Below, in pieces: positions 18,535 through 28,130 of a DNA stretch of 64,000 bases (position 1 is the first letter of the stretch; each line of letters begins with the position of its first letter). The stretch covers positions 2,236 to 66,235 of the forward strand of contig JAUVWW010000004.1 of NCBI GenBank assembly GCA_030603885.1. The letters run 5' to 3'. A model generated the notes under the pieces. It worked only from the letters and a program-made list of their open reading frames with translations, made no database searches and was not told the origin of the DNA. This DNA comes from a bacterium (GTDB lineage Bacteria > Patescibacteriota > JABMPQ01 > JAUVWW01). The translations under genes were made by a program, and so were the position numbers.

Positions 18535-20796
18535 ATGACCAGCAAAGCGTATATCTTGTTAATTGTGCTCCTTGTGGTATTAATTATTGGAGGAGGGGCC
18601 TATGGTTACCTGAAGATTAGTCAAAAATCTATAGAGGAGATAGTTAAGCCAGTCAAAGAAAAAATAGAGGAGGTATCTAAACCAGCTGAAGTTTTGGCTC
18701 AGAAATTTGCTACTTATGAAGAGACACCAGTAAAAATTAGTCCTCAAGTTGAATCTTATACAGTAGAAAAAGATCTAGCCAATATTACCAATAAAGATCA
18801 GTTCACATTTTCCGATTCGGCAAAGAATTTACTGGTTCAAAATGCCTTTGTAGTAGTGCCATCAAGTAATCAAGAGTATTTCTCAATCTACGAAGATAAT
18901 CGATATGGCTATGTCCCAAGTTTTATTACCACAGATTCAATGCTGCATAATTATCATTTATTCTTTGATTATCTTTTGAGAACTTTAGAAAAAGATAAAC
19001 TTATCCCTGAACTAAAGACATTGAATGCCAACATGCTCAAGATTTCCCAAGAGCAATATCAAAAATTATCTGGGACTGCTTGGGAAAACGCTGCCAAAAG
19101 AAATGTTGCTTTCTTTACTGTAGCTTCAGGATTGCTTGAGTTTGGAACTCCTATTCCAGAGGCAGTCAAGAAAGAGGTAGAAAAAGAACTTGAGTTAATC
19201 GAAAAACATGAAGGAATGACATTTTCTCATGTAATGAACATGGGGCAAGATCTTGAAGCTGTACCAGAGCTTCCTGCGGCTACTGAGGAAGTCTTAAAAC
19301 TTTATAAAGAAGATTATACCCAATATGTTCCCAGGGGCCATTACACTAGATCAGAAGATCTAAAGAAATATTTCAAAACCATGATGTGGTATGGCCGGAT
19401 GACTTTTCGTCTAAAAGAAGAAGACGAGACCAAATCAGCAGTGTTGGCTACTTTGGCTCTAAAACAGTCAAAGGATAGCTATGACTCTTGGGAGAAGATA
19501 TATCAACCAACCGTTTTCTTTGTGGGCAAAGCTGATGATATTTCCTTTTTTGATTATTATGAGGTGGCAAAAACAGTCTATGGTGAAGATGTTGATTTAG
19601 AAGCGGTTACCCAAGAAGATAAATTTTCAACTTTTATTGATGAAGCAAAGAAGTTGCCTTCACCGAGCATAAACTCTATGCCTATTTTTGATATGAGATT
19701 TCAGCCAGATCGAGAAAAAGAAATTAAAGGATTTAGATTTATGGGTCAGAGGTTCACTATTGACGCCTCTGTGTTTCAAAGATTAGTTTATCGAGAAGTA
19801 GGGGATAAGGAACATACCTGTCAAGATGATCCCAAAACTTGGATTCCTGAAGAATCTCGAAGATTTCCCAAAGGCCTAGATATTCCAGCCTCATTTAGTT
19901 CAGATGAGGCTTATAGTATTATTGATGGCTATAAAGATACAGATTATGCCTGCTACAGAGAAAATATGTCTAAAATGAAAGATCATATTGCAGGACTGGG
20001 CACTGATATCTGGACCCAAAATCTTTATTGGGGCTGGCTTTATTCTTTGGTGCCTCTGACAGGGGAAAAAGGAGAGGGCTATCCTTCATTTATGCAAAAC
20101 CAAGCTTACATCAGAAAAGAACTAAATACTTTTTTAGGAAGTTGGACAGAGCTCAAGCGCGATACTATTTTATATGCCAAACAAGTTTATGCAGAGTTGG
20201 GTGGCCTTATGCCAGAAGAGAAGGATGACCGAGGCTATGTAGAGCCTAATCCCTATGTTTATGCAAGATTAGCCTCTTTGATTAAAGTGACTAAAGAAGG
20301 ATTAAAGATTCGAGGATTACTTAAAGATGAAATAGCAGGAAGTTTAGATAAGCTAGAAACTTTAGCCCGTCGTCTAAAGGAGATTTCAGAAAAAGAGCTA
20401 AATGGAGAGTCTCTAACTGACGAAGATTATGATCTGATTAGAACTTATGGAGGAAGTCTTGAGCACTTTTGGTTAGAGACTTTTAAAGATTTAGGCATTA
20501 CCTCCACCAGTCAGCTATCAGAAGAGCCAGCTCCCATTATAGCTGATGTAGCCACTGATCCTGGAACCTTGCAAGTGCTTGAGGAAGGCACTGGAAATGT
20601 TTTCGAAATCTATGCTGTGGTTCCTGTGGAGGGTAAGTTAAGAATTGCTAAAGGTGGAGTATATTCCTATTATGAATTTACTTGGCCCATGGATCAGCGT
20701 CTCACCGATGAAGCTTGGCGAGAAATACTCGATAAGGGAGAAGAGCCAGATTTGCCAGATTGGACTACATCTTTTATAAGTGATTCACTCTATTAA
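18535..20796 (+). CDS. DUF3160-like membrane-anchored extracellular protein
   Basis: N-terminal TM; FITTDS.LH.YH, EDYTQY.PRGHYT, FMGQRF..D, SWTELK.DTILYAKQ, GYVEPNP, SYYEF. Confidence 0.8.
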   Translation: MTSKAYILLIVLLVVLIIGGGAYGYLKISQKSIEEIVKPVKEKIEEVSKPAEVLAQKFATYEETPVKISPQVESYTVEKDLANITNKDQFTFSDSAKNLLVQNAFVVVPSSNQEYFSIYEDNRYGYVPSFITTDSMLHNYHLFFDYLLRTLEKDKLIPELKTLNANMLKISQEQYQKLSGTAWENAAKRNVAFFTVASGLLEFGTPIPEAVKKEVEKELELIEKHEGMTFSHVMNMGQDLEAVPELPAATEEVLKLYKEDYTQYVPRGHYTRSEDLKKYFKTMMWYGRMTFRLKEEDETKSAVLATLALKQSKDSYDSWEKIYQPTVFFVGKADDISFFDYYEVAKTVYGEDVDLEAVTQEDKFSTFIDEAKKLPSPSINSMPIFDMRFQPDREKEIKGFRFMGQRFTIDASVFQRLVYREVGDKEHTCQDDPKTWIPEESRRFPKGLDIPASFSSDEAYSIIDGYKDTDYACYRENMSKMKDHIAGLGTDIWTQNLYWGWLYSLVPLTGEKGEGYPSFMQNQAYIRKELNTFLGSWTELKRDTILYAKQVYAELGGLMPEEKDDRGYVEPNPYVYARLASLIKVTKEGLKIRGLLKDEIAGSLDKLETLARRLKEISEKELNGESLTDEDYDLIRTYGGSLEHFWLETFKDLGITSTSQLSEEPAPIIADVATDPGTLQVLEEGTGNVFEIYAVVPVEGKLRIAKGGVYSYYEFTWPMDQRLTDEAWREILDKGEEPDLPDWTTSFISDSLY

Positions 20797-21599
20797 TGCG
20801 AAAATCTTTTCTAATTTTATTATCTTGTTGCCTGATAGGTATTGGTATTTTCGTTGTTTGGGATAGAATAGAATTATTTCAGAAAATCAAAATTTATTCT
20901 TCAAGCTTAGTTGGAAAGTTGAATTTTAACCCAAATAGAACAGAGTATTCTGAACAGGGATACTCTGTTTTCTATTGGGATGGCCAAAACTATAAGGAAG
21001 AAGAAAAAGATATTAGTTCATTAACTGAAGTAATTACTAAGCCTAAACAAGAAATAGATTTTGATTATGATGGCGAGAATGAAAAAGTGGTGCTAGATAA
21101 TGGAGTAGTATCTATCTATAGAAAAGGAGAGGTGTGGTGGCAAAGTGATCCAGACTGGCAGGTAGAAAATGTATTATTAGCTGATTTGAATTGGGACGGA
21201 AAAATCGAGCTTAATATGTCTCTTTGGAAACAAGGGAGCTATGGAGATGATCTACCTTTTTGGATAGAGGAAAATGATTCCGATTTTGGTAATCATTTTT
21301 TTATTTATGGTTTTAAAGAAGGAGAAATAAGACCAATCTGGTGTTCTTCTACTATTGATTATCCCATTCACAAGATGGCTGCTTCAGATATTAATGGCGA
21401 TGGAAAAGATGAGCTGGTTGTCCTTGAAGGCACCTATGACCAGCCTCAAGACTCTTTAACAAAATACGTTGGCATTTGGTCCTGGAATGACTGGGGTTTT
21501 TCAAATGATTTTAGGAGTGAGGAGGATCAGTTCTGTGATCTTAAAATAAGGAAAGATTTAGATAATAAAAATTGTGTTCTAGTAAAAAACAAACCCTAG
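20796..21599 (+). CDS. Hypothetical exported protein with FG-GAP/VCBS-like DxDxDG repeats
   Basis: DFDYDG, DLNWDG and DINGDGKDEL motifs; N-terminal hydrophobic segment; overlaps the upstream stop. Confidence 0.65.
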   Translation: MRKSFLILLSCCLIGIGIFVVWDRIELFQKIKIYSSSLVGKLNFNPNRTEYSEQGYSVFYWDGQNYKEEEKDISSLTEVITKPKQEIDFDYDGENEKVVLDNGVVSIYRKGEVWWQSDPDWQVENVLLADLNWDGKIELNMSLWKQGSYGDDLPFWIEENDSDFGNHFFIYGFKEGEIRPIWCSSTIDYPIHKMAASDINGDGKDELVVLEGTYDQPQDSLTKYVGIWSWNDWGFSNDFRSEEDQFCDLKIRKDLDNKNCVLVKNKP

Positions 21600-21624
21600 A
21601 CCATTTCAGTAATTAGAGTAAATG

Positions 21625-21656
21625 AAAAAGCACCGGTTTTCTTTTGGTGCTTTTTG
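21625..21656. terminator. Bidirectional terminator between convergent genes
   Basis: AAAAAGCACC/GGTGCTTTTT. Confidence 0.75.
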
Positions 21657-21666
21657 TATATGCGAT

Positions 21667-22233
21667 TTACCAATGGGGGAACGGAATTAAAACTTTTTCT
21701 TTAGGATGAGATAATACTTTTTCTATAAAACCATCATTCCCACTCAAGTAGAGAACATCCCCTTTGATTTTTATCAGCTTTCCCTGAGGATTCTTATACA
21801 GAAACCGTTCAATTAAAGTTTTTGCGATTTTAAATCCACATTTCTGGTAAAAGGGGCTATTTTTTCGACCGCAGAATCCGACACCTGTTTGTTTTCTATA
21901 GCTAAGATAGTTATATATTGCACGCATAAGTATCTTGCCATAACCTCTTCTCTTAATTACCGAAACAATATCAGCGATTCCTTGGATGTTATAAAACTTA
22001 CCAAGGAACCTTATTTTAATGGGTCGTAATCTTCCAACAGAAAGAATCTTCTTTTTAGGACTGCGAACAATAAAAAACTTATCATTAGTAAAAGGTTTTC
22101 GATTTTTTGGTTCTAGTGGTTTATTTTCTGGAAAAACTTTTTGCCAAATTTCATTAATCCATCTGATAGTTTGAATTGGAAGATCCTTCCCTTTCTGTAC
22201 ATCTATATAAGTTCTTTTCATAACATAAACCAT
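21667..22233 (-). CDS. GNAT-family N-acetyltransferase
   Basis: IADIVSVIKRRGYGKILM acetyl-CoA motif, FYQKCGF. Confidence 0.8.
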   Translation of the reverse strand: MVYVMKRTYIDVQKGKDLPIQTIRWINEIWQKVFPENKPLEPKNRKPFTNDKFFIVRSPKKKILSVGRLRPIKIRFLGKFYNIQGIADIVSVIKRRGYGKILMRAIYNYLSYRKQTGVGFCGRKNSPFYQKCGFKIAKTLIERFLYKNPQGKLIKIKGDVLYLSGNDGFIEKVLSHPKEKVLIPFPHW

Positions 22234-22275
22234 AATTAAAAAGATTTATAAACTTTCTTAGCGGGCCCACTGATT

Positions 22276-22322
22276 GCAACTAACATACGCGGTTTAACGA
22301 GATTTCAGTGAGGCTGAAATTT
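22276..22322 (-). mobile_element. attC-like remnant (apex plus right arm)
   Basis: Minus strand AAATTTCAG-CCTCA-CTGAAATCTCGTTAAACCGCGTAT-GTTAGTTG; most of the left arm is missing. Confidence 0.45.
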
Positions 22323-22468
22323 GGAGTGACTTCTCTTATTCTACCTGCACTGCCTGAGCCCAAAAGTAGATAACCATTTGCAGAATTTACTACTACATCT
22401 ACTTGTTGATCTATAGCAAAACCTTCAATATTTTTAATCTGGATCTTAACTATACTGTCCTGTAACAT
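22280..22468 (-). pseudogene. Truncated macro-domain gene
   Basis: VDVVVNSANGYLLLGSGSAGRI resembles the macro-domain DAIVNAAN..L..GGGVAGAI motif; the ORF ends after 62 aa inside the attC-like hairpin. Confidence 0.65.
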
Positions 22469-22477
22469 TCGTTATTC

Positions 22478-23002
22478 TTAGATATTTTTAATTATCTCAT
22501 CTATAAGTTTAAGTGAATCGGGATTTTGCTCTATATCAGTTGAGTTTAATGCTTGAAAACAGTAAGAGCCGACTAAATCTAAATTATGACAATCAGCAAA
22601 ATAAGTTAGTGCTTGGTCTGTGACTCGTTTAGAATTGACTATATCTCCACCACCTACTACAATAGTGATTATTTTTTTTCCTTTTAATATGTCTGTTTCA
22701 TGAAAAGGATTAGTTCTATCAATGAAATCTTTTAGTAGGCCAGTTACATTATCAAAATAATTTGGAGAACCGATGATAAAAACATCAGCCTCAATCATCT
22801 TTTTATAAATTTCATCCATGTCGTCTTGAATTGAACATTTATTTGATTTATCACAGCTTAAACATCCAGAACAATGCTTGATATTTTTATCTCTAAGAAA
22901 TATCAATTCTTTTTCTCCATTTATTGATTCAAAAATTCTTTTCAGAATAAAGTCGATATTTCCTTCTCTAGGACTCCCTGAAATTAATAAAAATTTAGTC
23001 AT
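22478..23002 (-). CDS. Flavodoxin family / iron-sulfur flavoprotein
   Basis: ISGSPR, CSGCLSC...C.IQDDM, GSPNYF, KDFIDR. Confidence 0.88.
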   Translation of the reverse strand: MTKFLLISGSPREGNIDFILKRIFESINGEKELIFLRDKNIKHCSGCLSCDKSNKCSIQDDMDEIYKKMIEADVFIIGSPNYFDNVTGLLKDFIDRTNPFHETDILKGKKIITIVVGGGDIVNSKRVTDQALTYFADCHNLDLVGSYCFQALNSTDIEQNPDSLKLIDEIIKNI

Positions 23003-23011
23003 AATAAATAA

Positions 23012-23500
23012 TTAAACAAATAATTTTATCCATTGTTTCATTGTATTTAAAAACAAATCAGGCTCTGATTTAATTTTTTCTAGTAGCTCCTCCTTTGAGA
23101 ACCATTTTATTTCTTCAACTTCTTCTTGAATTTTAAAATCTTTAATATCTTTGGCAATTTCCAAAGTGAACCATTGGCAAAAGTAGTTATATTTTTCAGA
23201 AACTTTTCTTTTGGGTCCTTTGCGTAGCTTAATATTTTTCAATCCAAGTTCTTCCCCGACTTCTTTAATAATATTCTCCTTGTAATTTTCTCCCTCCTCA
23301 ATAGTTCCTGCAACTGCAGGTCCCCACTTTCCAGGATCATGTTTTTTCTTTAAAGATCTTCTGGCAAGTAAAATTTCTCCTTTAGGATTGGTAATCCATA
23401 GAGCAGACACTCTATAAATATCCTTGAGAGCTAGAGTACCTATTTCTTTATAACCAATTATATTATCTTTTTCGTTTACAATAACCATTCTTGGTTTCAT
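23012..23500 (-). CDS. NUDIX hydrolase (IDI-like)
   Basis: G.IEEGE.Y.E.I.KEV.EELG Nudix box; IVNEKDNIIG. Confidence 0.88.
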   Translation of the reverse strand: MKPRMVIVNEKDNIIGYKEIGTLALKDIYRVSALWITNPKGEILLARRSLKKKHDPGKWGPAVAGTIEEGENYKENIIKEVGEELGLKNIKLRKGPKRKVSEKYNYFCQWFTLEIAKDIKDFKIQEEVEEIKWFSKEELLEKIKSEPDLFLNTMKQWIKLFV

Positions 23501-23599
23501 AGATTAAATAATTTGATTGACATTTTAATTTGACTGTTGTGAGAGTGTGATAGCACCGAAGCGAATGGAGTGAATAGAGAGTCCACAGAGCCCGCTTAA

Positions 23600-24127
23600 C
23601 TAAAATTTTAATTCTTTAAATGAATGTACGTCAATTCCATATTTAGAAAAAATATCTTTTACAGGAGGATTGCCAATATCTTTGTCTTCAAGTCCAAGTA
23701 GCCTCAACCCTTGTTTTACCTTTTCTTCACTTGATGATTCAATTTCTAGATAAGGCGGAATCTTTGGCCACGAGTCTATTGCAAATTCTATGTCATCAAA
23801 AGTATATAAAATTCTTTTATTTTCTTGATAATACTTACCCTTAAATTGAAGTTTCGAGAGAATTTTTGCTGCTTTTTTAAAATTAGCTACTTCTACCTCA
23901 ATTTCTTCAGTTTCAGAAATACCAGTGCCTGATTTATATCTATAAGAGATTATTATTTTCTTTCCTTCATCTCTTAATCTTATCCATTCATCTTTTGATG
24001 GATCAATATCAAAAACCCATCTTTTCATTAAAATTTCGGGTTCTTTTTTCGCACCAAGTTTCTTAAGTTTTTTCTCTATCTCGTTTACATCAATATCTAA
24101 TACCTTTGTTTCAAATTCTTTTGGCAT
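23600..24127 (-). CDS. CYTH-domain protein (class IV adenylate cyclase-like)
   Basis: EFETK, WIRLR, EEIEVEV, YQENKR, YLEIE. Confidence 0.85.
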   Translation of the reverse strand: MPKEFETKVLDIDVNEIEKKLKKLGAKKEPEILMKRWVFDIDPSKDEWIRLRDEGKKIIISYRYKSGTGISETEEIEVEVANFKKAAKILSKLQFKGKYYQENKRILYTFDDIEFAIDSWPKIPPYLEIESSSEEKVKQGLRLLGLEDKDIGNPPVKDIFSKYGIDVHSFKELKF

Positions 24128-24142
24128 AATCCTTTATTAATA

Positions 24143-25105
24143 TTAAAGCCTGATCTCTTTTTCTAACCAAGGTATTGACTTTTCTTTGTGTCTCCAAAAT
24201 AAATCTTCAAACAAAAGAGAGGAAGCAAAAATTGACCACTTACCATATCTTCTTTTTAATTCTTTTAAGATTTTATTTGGAGAGACCAATTTTTTATTGA
24301 GTAGCAATCTTGAATATATTTTCTGTTCCCAGGGCGGAATAGTTATGATTAGTTGGTGTTTGCCTAAAATTCCTAATAAATTATCCAAGGATGCCGGACC
24401 AATTCCATACAATTTTAACAATTCTTTTTTGACTTCTTCTGAAGGCTTTTTTCTTAACCTATACTCATTTATCTCTCCTTTTGCAAATTGTTTTGAAATT
24501 CTGATAAACATCTTTGCTCTATAACCAACTTTTAAATTCCTTAGTTCTTGCTCGCCTGCTTTAACTAACTTTTGAGGCTTCCAAATCAAATACATTTCTT
24601 GATTATCAAATTTTATTTTCTGCCCACACTTATTTAGAAGAGCATTCATCATTTGAACAGTTCTTCTCACGGTTGCATTTTGTAAAACAATTGAAATCAT
24701 TATTATTTCATAGAGTGATTCGAACTTTCGACCATGAGCACCTCTCATTCTTGTGCCAAGCACTGAATCTGATTTAAATTTTTCATAGAATTCCGAGAGA
24801 TCTTCATTAAGCCCGTATCTGAAGTTTAAATCTTCAATTAGATCTTGGATAAATTTTTTAGACAGTTTTGAAGTTGAAAAAATTGTTAGTTTTATTTTTG
24901 GTTTATTAATTGTCCCAGTACTTTCAAGTTTTGTTCCCAGAATCTTATTTTTGAAACGCATGGTTTTCCAGAATTTCCCAGGCTCCCAGACCTCTATCGG
25001 AGTTGGAAAATGACCAGGGTTGCAAACTGTTTTATTAAAATTATATGGTGCTTTGGGGATTATTTCTGTGGAATATTTCTTTTTCAAGGTTATCGTTTTT
25101 GCCAT
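24143..25105 (-). CDS. HhH-GPD DNA glycosylase (AlkA/Ogg-like)
   Basis: ISIVLQNA..RR, VGYRAK, LLKLYGIGP helix-hairpin-helix. Confidence 0.8.
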   Translation of the reverse strand: MAKTITLKKKYSTEIIPKAPYNFNKTVCNPGHFPTPIEVWEPGKFWKTMRFKNKILGTKLESTGTINKPKIKLTIFSTSKLSKKFIQDLIEDLNFRYGLNEDLSEFYEKFKSDSVLGTRMRGAHGRKFESLYEIIMISIVLQNATVRRTVQMMNALLNKCGQKIKFDNQEMYLIWKPQKLVKAGEQELRNLKVGYRAKMFIRISKQFAKGEINEYRLRKKPSEEVKKELLKLYGIGPASLDNLLGILGKHQLIITIPPWEQKIYSRLLLNKKLVSPNKILKELKRRYGKWSIFASSLLFEDLFWRHKEKSIPWLEKEIRL

Positions 25106-25161
25106 AGCAACTTACTAATTAGGATATCCAGTTGTTAAATTTGCGTCCCGAGGCGGATTGG

Positions 25162-25197
25162 ATATAACATAGCGGAGCCCTTTAATCTGTGTTAGGC
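25162..25197 (-). mobile_element. Internally deleted attC-like remnant
   Basis: Minus strand GCCTAAC (RYYYAAC) 19 bp after the upstream stop, then CCGCTAT-GTTATAT; only 36 bp long. Confidence 0.4.
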
Positions 25198-25215
25198 CAA
25201 GCTTTTTTGAATATT

Positions 25216-26697
25216 TTACAAACAATCTTTAAAAACCTTTCGAAAATGGAATCCGTAAATTGAGAAAGTAATTGCCAATGGGAAAAGTCGTGGATGTCTA
25301 AATAAAGACCAGAAGAAGAGCTTCCAGTAATAACCCCTTCCTTTCTCTTTTATACCCAAAAACAAAATGGATTTAAAAAAGGCTCCAAGGTAGCTGAAAC
25401 GGAAGTGAAGTGCCTTTTTTTGCATTGGCTTATATTCTTTTAAAAATCTCATAACTCGTTCATAGTAGTGTTTGGGAGAGTAAATTCTGCTGATAATTCT
25501 TTTATAGCCCTTAATGAGTATTTTGTAATCCATTTTAGGAATAAAATTGATTGAAAAATCTGTATTGTCACCCGAGAAGTCCTTCGATAACCTACCCTCT
25601 TTTATAAGACGCTGGTAGAGTCTGGAGCCACGAGGAGCATTTAATAACCCGACCATGGCAGTGACAATTCCACTTTCCTGAATAAATGCAATAAGCCTTT
25701 CGAAAATTGAAGGAGGATCATTATCAAAGCCTACGATGAATCCCCCTTGTACCTCTAAACCAAATTTCTGAATCTTTTTTATACAAGCTACTAAATCACG
25801 ATTCTTGTTCTGAAACTTATCGCATTCGGCTAGACTTTCCTCGTTTGGTGTCTCAACGCCAACAAATACTGAGGTAAACCCCGCCTTAACTATTAATTGC
25901 ATAAGTTCCTCATCATCGGAAAGATTTATAGATGCTTCTGTACCAAAAGAGAAAGGATATCTTTTTCTTTCCATCCATTCAAATATAGCGGGCAAAATTT
26001 CTTTTTTTAACTTTCTCTTATTTCCTATAAAGTTATCATCAACAAAGAATACATAACCTCTCCAGCCTTGGGAGCGCAGTCTTTCTAATTCGGCTAATAT
26101 TTGGTTTTTACTCTTTGTTCGCACTTTATGCCCATAAAGCACTGTGATATCGCAGAATTCACAATTAAAAGGACAGCCTCGGGAATATTGAATATTCATA
26201 GATGAATATTTTCTCATATTGATAAGTTTCCAGAGCGGAGCAGGCGTCTTTTCTATATCTGGGAATTGGTTAGAGGTATAGATATGTTTAGCACGCCCCT
26301 CTCTCAAATCTTCTAAAAAGGATGGGAGAGTGATTTCAGCCTCATTAAGTACGAAATGGTCTACATCATCAAAATCTTCATATTCAGCAGTAAAAAGGGG
26401 ACCACCAGCAACAATCTTAGTTCCTAGTCTTTTGCATTTAGCGATTACTCTTTTTGCAGATTTCTTTTGAACAGACATAGCACTAATAAACACATAATCA
26501 GCCCATCTAATATCTCTATCACTTAAAGTTGTTACATTCATATCTACAAGTTTTTTCTCCCATTTTTTAGGAAGCATTGCAGCTACAGTCAGCAGTCCCA
26601 AAGGCGGGTAACCTGCCTTTTTAGAAATAAATTTCAAGGCATACTTAAAACTCCAGAAAGTGTCTGGATACTCTGGATAAACTAAGAGGATTTTCAT
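25216..26697 (-). CDS. B12-binding radical SAM protein with DUF4070-like C-terminus
   Basis: PPLGLLTVAA B12-binding domain, SRGCPFNCEFC CxxxCxxC, FFVDDNFIGN. Confidence 0.92.
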   Translation of the reverse strand: MKILLVYPEYPDTFWSFKYALKFISKKAGYPPLGLLTVAAMLPKKWEKKLVDMNVTTLSDRDIRWADYVFISAMSVQKKSAKRVIAKCKRLGTKIVAGGPLFTAEYEDFDDVDHFVLNEAEITLPSFLEDLREGRAKHIYTSNQFPDIEKTPAPLWKLINMRKYSSMNIQYSRGCPFNCEFCDITVLYGHKVRTKSKNQILAELERLRSQGWRGYVFFVDDNFIGNKRKLKKEILPAIFEWMERKRYPFSFGTEASINLSDDEELMQLIVKAGFTSVFVGVETPNEESLAECDKFQNKNRDLVACIKKIQKFGLEVQGGFIVGFDNDPPSIFERLIAFIQESGIVTAMVGLLNAPRGSRLYQRLIKEGRLSKDFSGDNTDFSINFIPKMDYKILIKGYKRIISRIYSPKHYYERVMRFLKEYKPMQKKALHFRFSYLGAFFKSILFLGIKEKGRGYYWKLFFWSLFRHPRLFPLAITFSIYGFHFRKVFKDCL

Positions 26698-26754
26698 ATT
26701 TATACCTTATTAAAATAGAAGTTTTGTAAATTTACAAACGCATCTGAAAAAGTA

Positions 26755-27246
26755 TTACTTAATATTACAATGTTTTCTTAATAAAAACAACAGTTCTGGA
26801 TGGAATTTTTCACCTTTATTTATCATCTCTTGAATTTTATTTAAGCTAAAGAATTCTAGTCTTTCTACTTCTTTAGGATTTATTTTGAATGGACCATTAA
26901 ATACAGTTCTGAAAGTTGCTAAGAATTTTTTGAGACCTCTTTCATTCTCGTAGAGATCTTTATATTCAAAAGTTATTTCTGTTTGTATTCCAAGTTCTTC
27001 TTTAAATTCTCTTAAAGCTGCTTTTTTATAACTTTCTCCGGATAACACATGACCACCAACAGGGGTACTCCAATGGTGTGGGCAAAATGACTTATATTTA
27101 CTTCGTAATTGTAAGGCTATTTCACCCTTGTTATTGAAAATAAGAATATGGACTATTCTATGAGAGAGAAGTTTTTCATAAACTTCTTTTTGAGAAGCTT
27201 TGTCTATAACTTCATTGTGTTCATTTACTACATCTAAAAATTCCAT
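26755..27246 (-). CDS. NUDIX hydrolase (IDI-like)
   Basis: GGHVLSGESY..AALREFKEELG Nudix box. Confidence 0.9.
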   Translation of the reverse strand: MEFLDVVNEHNEVIDKASQKEVYEKLLSHRIVHILIFNNKGEIALQLRSKYKSFCPHHWSTPVGGHVLSGESYKKAALREFKEELGIQTEITFEYKDLYENERGLKKFLATFRTVFNGPFKINPKEVERLEFFSLNKIQEMINKGEKFHPELLFLLRKHCNIK

Positions 27247-27356
27247 ACTAAAAATTATAAATCTTTAGCTTTTAAGATACCCTTGACAAGTCTATAAAAA
27301 TTTGTTAATATTTGGTATCACAGTGGGAATATAAAAAATTTGGAAAGGAGGGCAGA

Positions 27357-27641
27357 ATGATAGAAGCTAAGGACTTAAAAGGTAAAAAAATCTTGGGGGT
27401 TTTTATAGAGACAGAGCCCAATGATGACGAAACGACATTTCTTATAGTTGATACCTGTGGAGAATTTGGGCACTCTGAGAGAAAAGTGGCTGTCGATAAT
27501 GAAATAATCGAAAGAATAATCGTTAGTCTCGACCCAGGAGACCTTTTGCTAATTGTATTTGATGAAGTAGAGTCTTTGAGTTGGCCGAAAGCAAAAAAAA
27601 TATTCAAGTATGGTAGTCCTGAAGAAATTTACGGTGAGTGA
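27357..27641 (+). CDS. Hypothetical protein
   Basis: AAGGAGG RBS before ATG 27357; TTGACA upstream; downstream terminator. Confidence 0.55.
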   Translation: MIEAKDLKGKKILGVFIETEPNDDETTFLIVDTCGEFGHSERKVAVDNEIIERIIVSLDPGDLLLIVFDEVESLSWPKAKKIFKYGSPEEIYGE

Positions 27642-27659
27642 ACTTAAAAAGCTTACCTA

Positions 27660-27693
27660 GGGGTCGTCGGCTAAGTTGATGGCCTCTTTTTTA
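27660..27693 (+). terminator. Intrinsic terminator
   Basis: GGGGTCGTCGGC-TAA-GTTGATGGCCTC-TTTTTT. Confidence 0.7.
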
Positions 27694-27794
27694 AAATGAG
27701 TTTGGAATTGCGCTTACAAGTATTATATACATTTGTTGTATTCAACCTTTATTTATACTATAATTTTAGCATAGACTTGAATTATAACAAAGTT

Positions 27795-28130
27795 ATGAAC
27801 CAAAGCAGTTTTTCTCAAATTTTAAGGTTATTAAAAAGAACTGGAGGAAAATATGTTATCGTTGAAAATGGTAAACCTGTTTTTGTGATTCAGACTTGGG
27901 AAGATTATCAAAGGCAATCTTATAAAGTCAAAGAAACATCCGAACTTTCTGAAGAAGAGATAATTGATAAGATTAATCGAGAAATTGCTTTGTGGAAAGA
28001 GGGCCAAGACAAAAAGAGAATTTTAGATGAGTTTGGAAATGCTCCAGATATCCCTCCCGAGGAAGATTTTGGCTATCTTGAGGATAAAAATCTATCCACA
28101 GATGTGGACATTGAGGAAATACCGTTTTAA
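27795..28130 (+). CDS. Hypothetical protein with Phd/YefM-like N-terminus and acidic tail
   Basis: KRTGGKYVIVENGKPVFVIQTWEDY resembles the Phd/YefM motif; likely start is MNQSS (27795). Confidence 0.55.
   Translation: MNQSSFSQILRLLKRTGGKYVIVENGKPVFVIQTWEDYQRQSYKVKETSELSEEEIIDKINREIALWKEGQDKKRILDEFGNAPDIPPEEDFGYLEDKNLSTDVDIEEIPF

Noticed and set aside
23530-23600. Intact attC site between the CYTH and NUDIX genes
   Set aside because: GTTAAGC comes first and the AAC later in gene orientation, the reverse of an attC, and pairing is poor. Kept only as weak support for a remnant.
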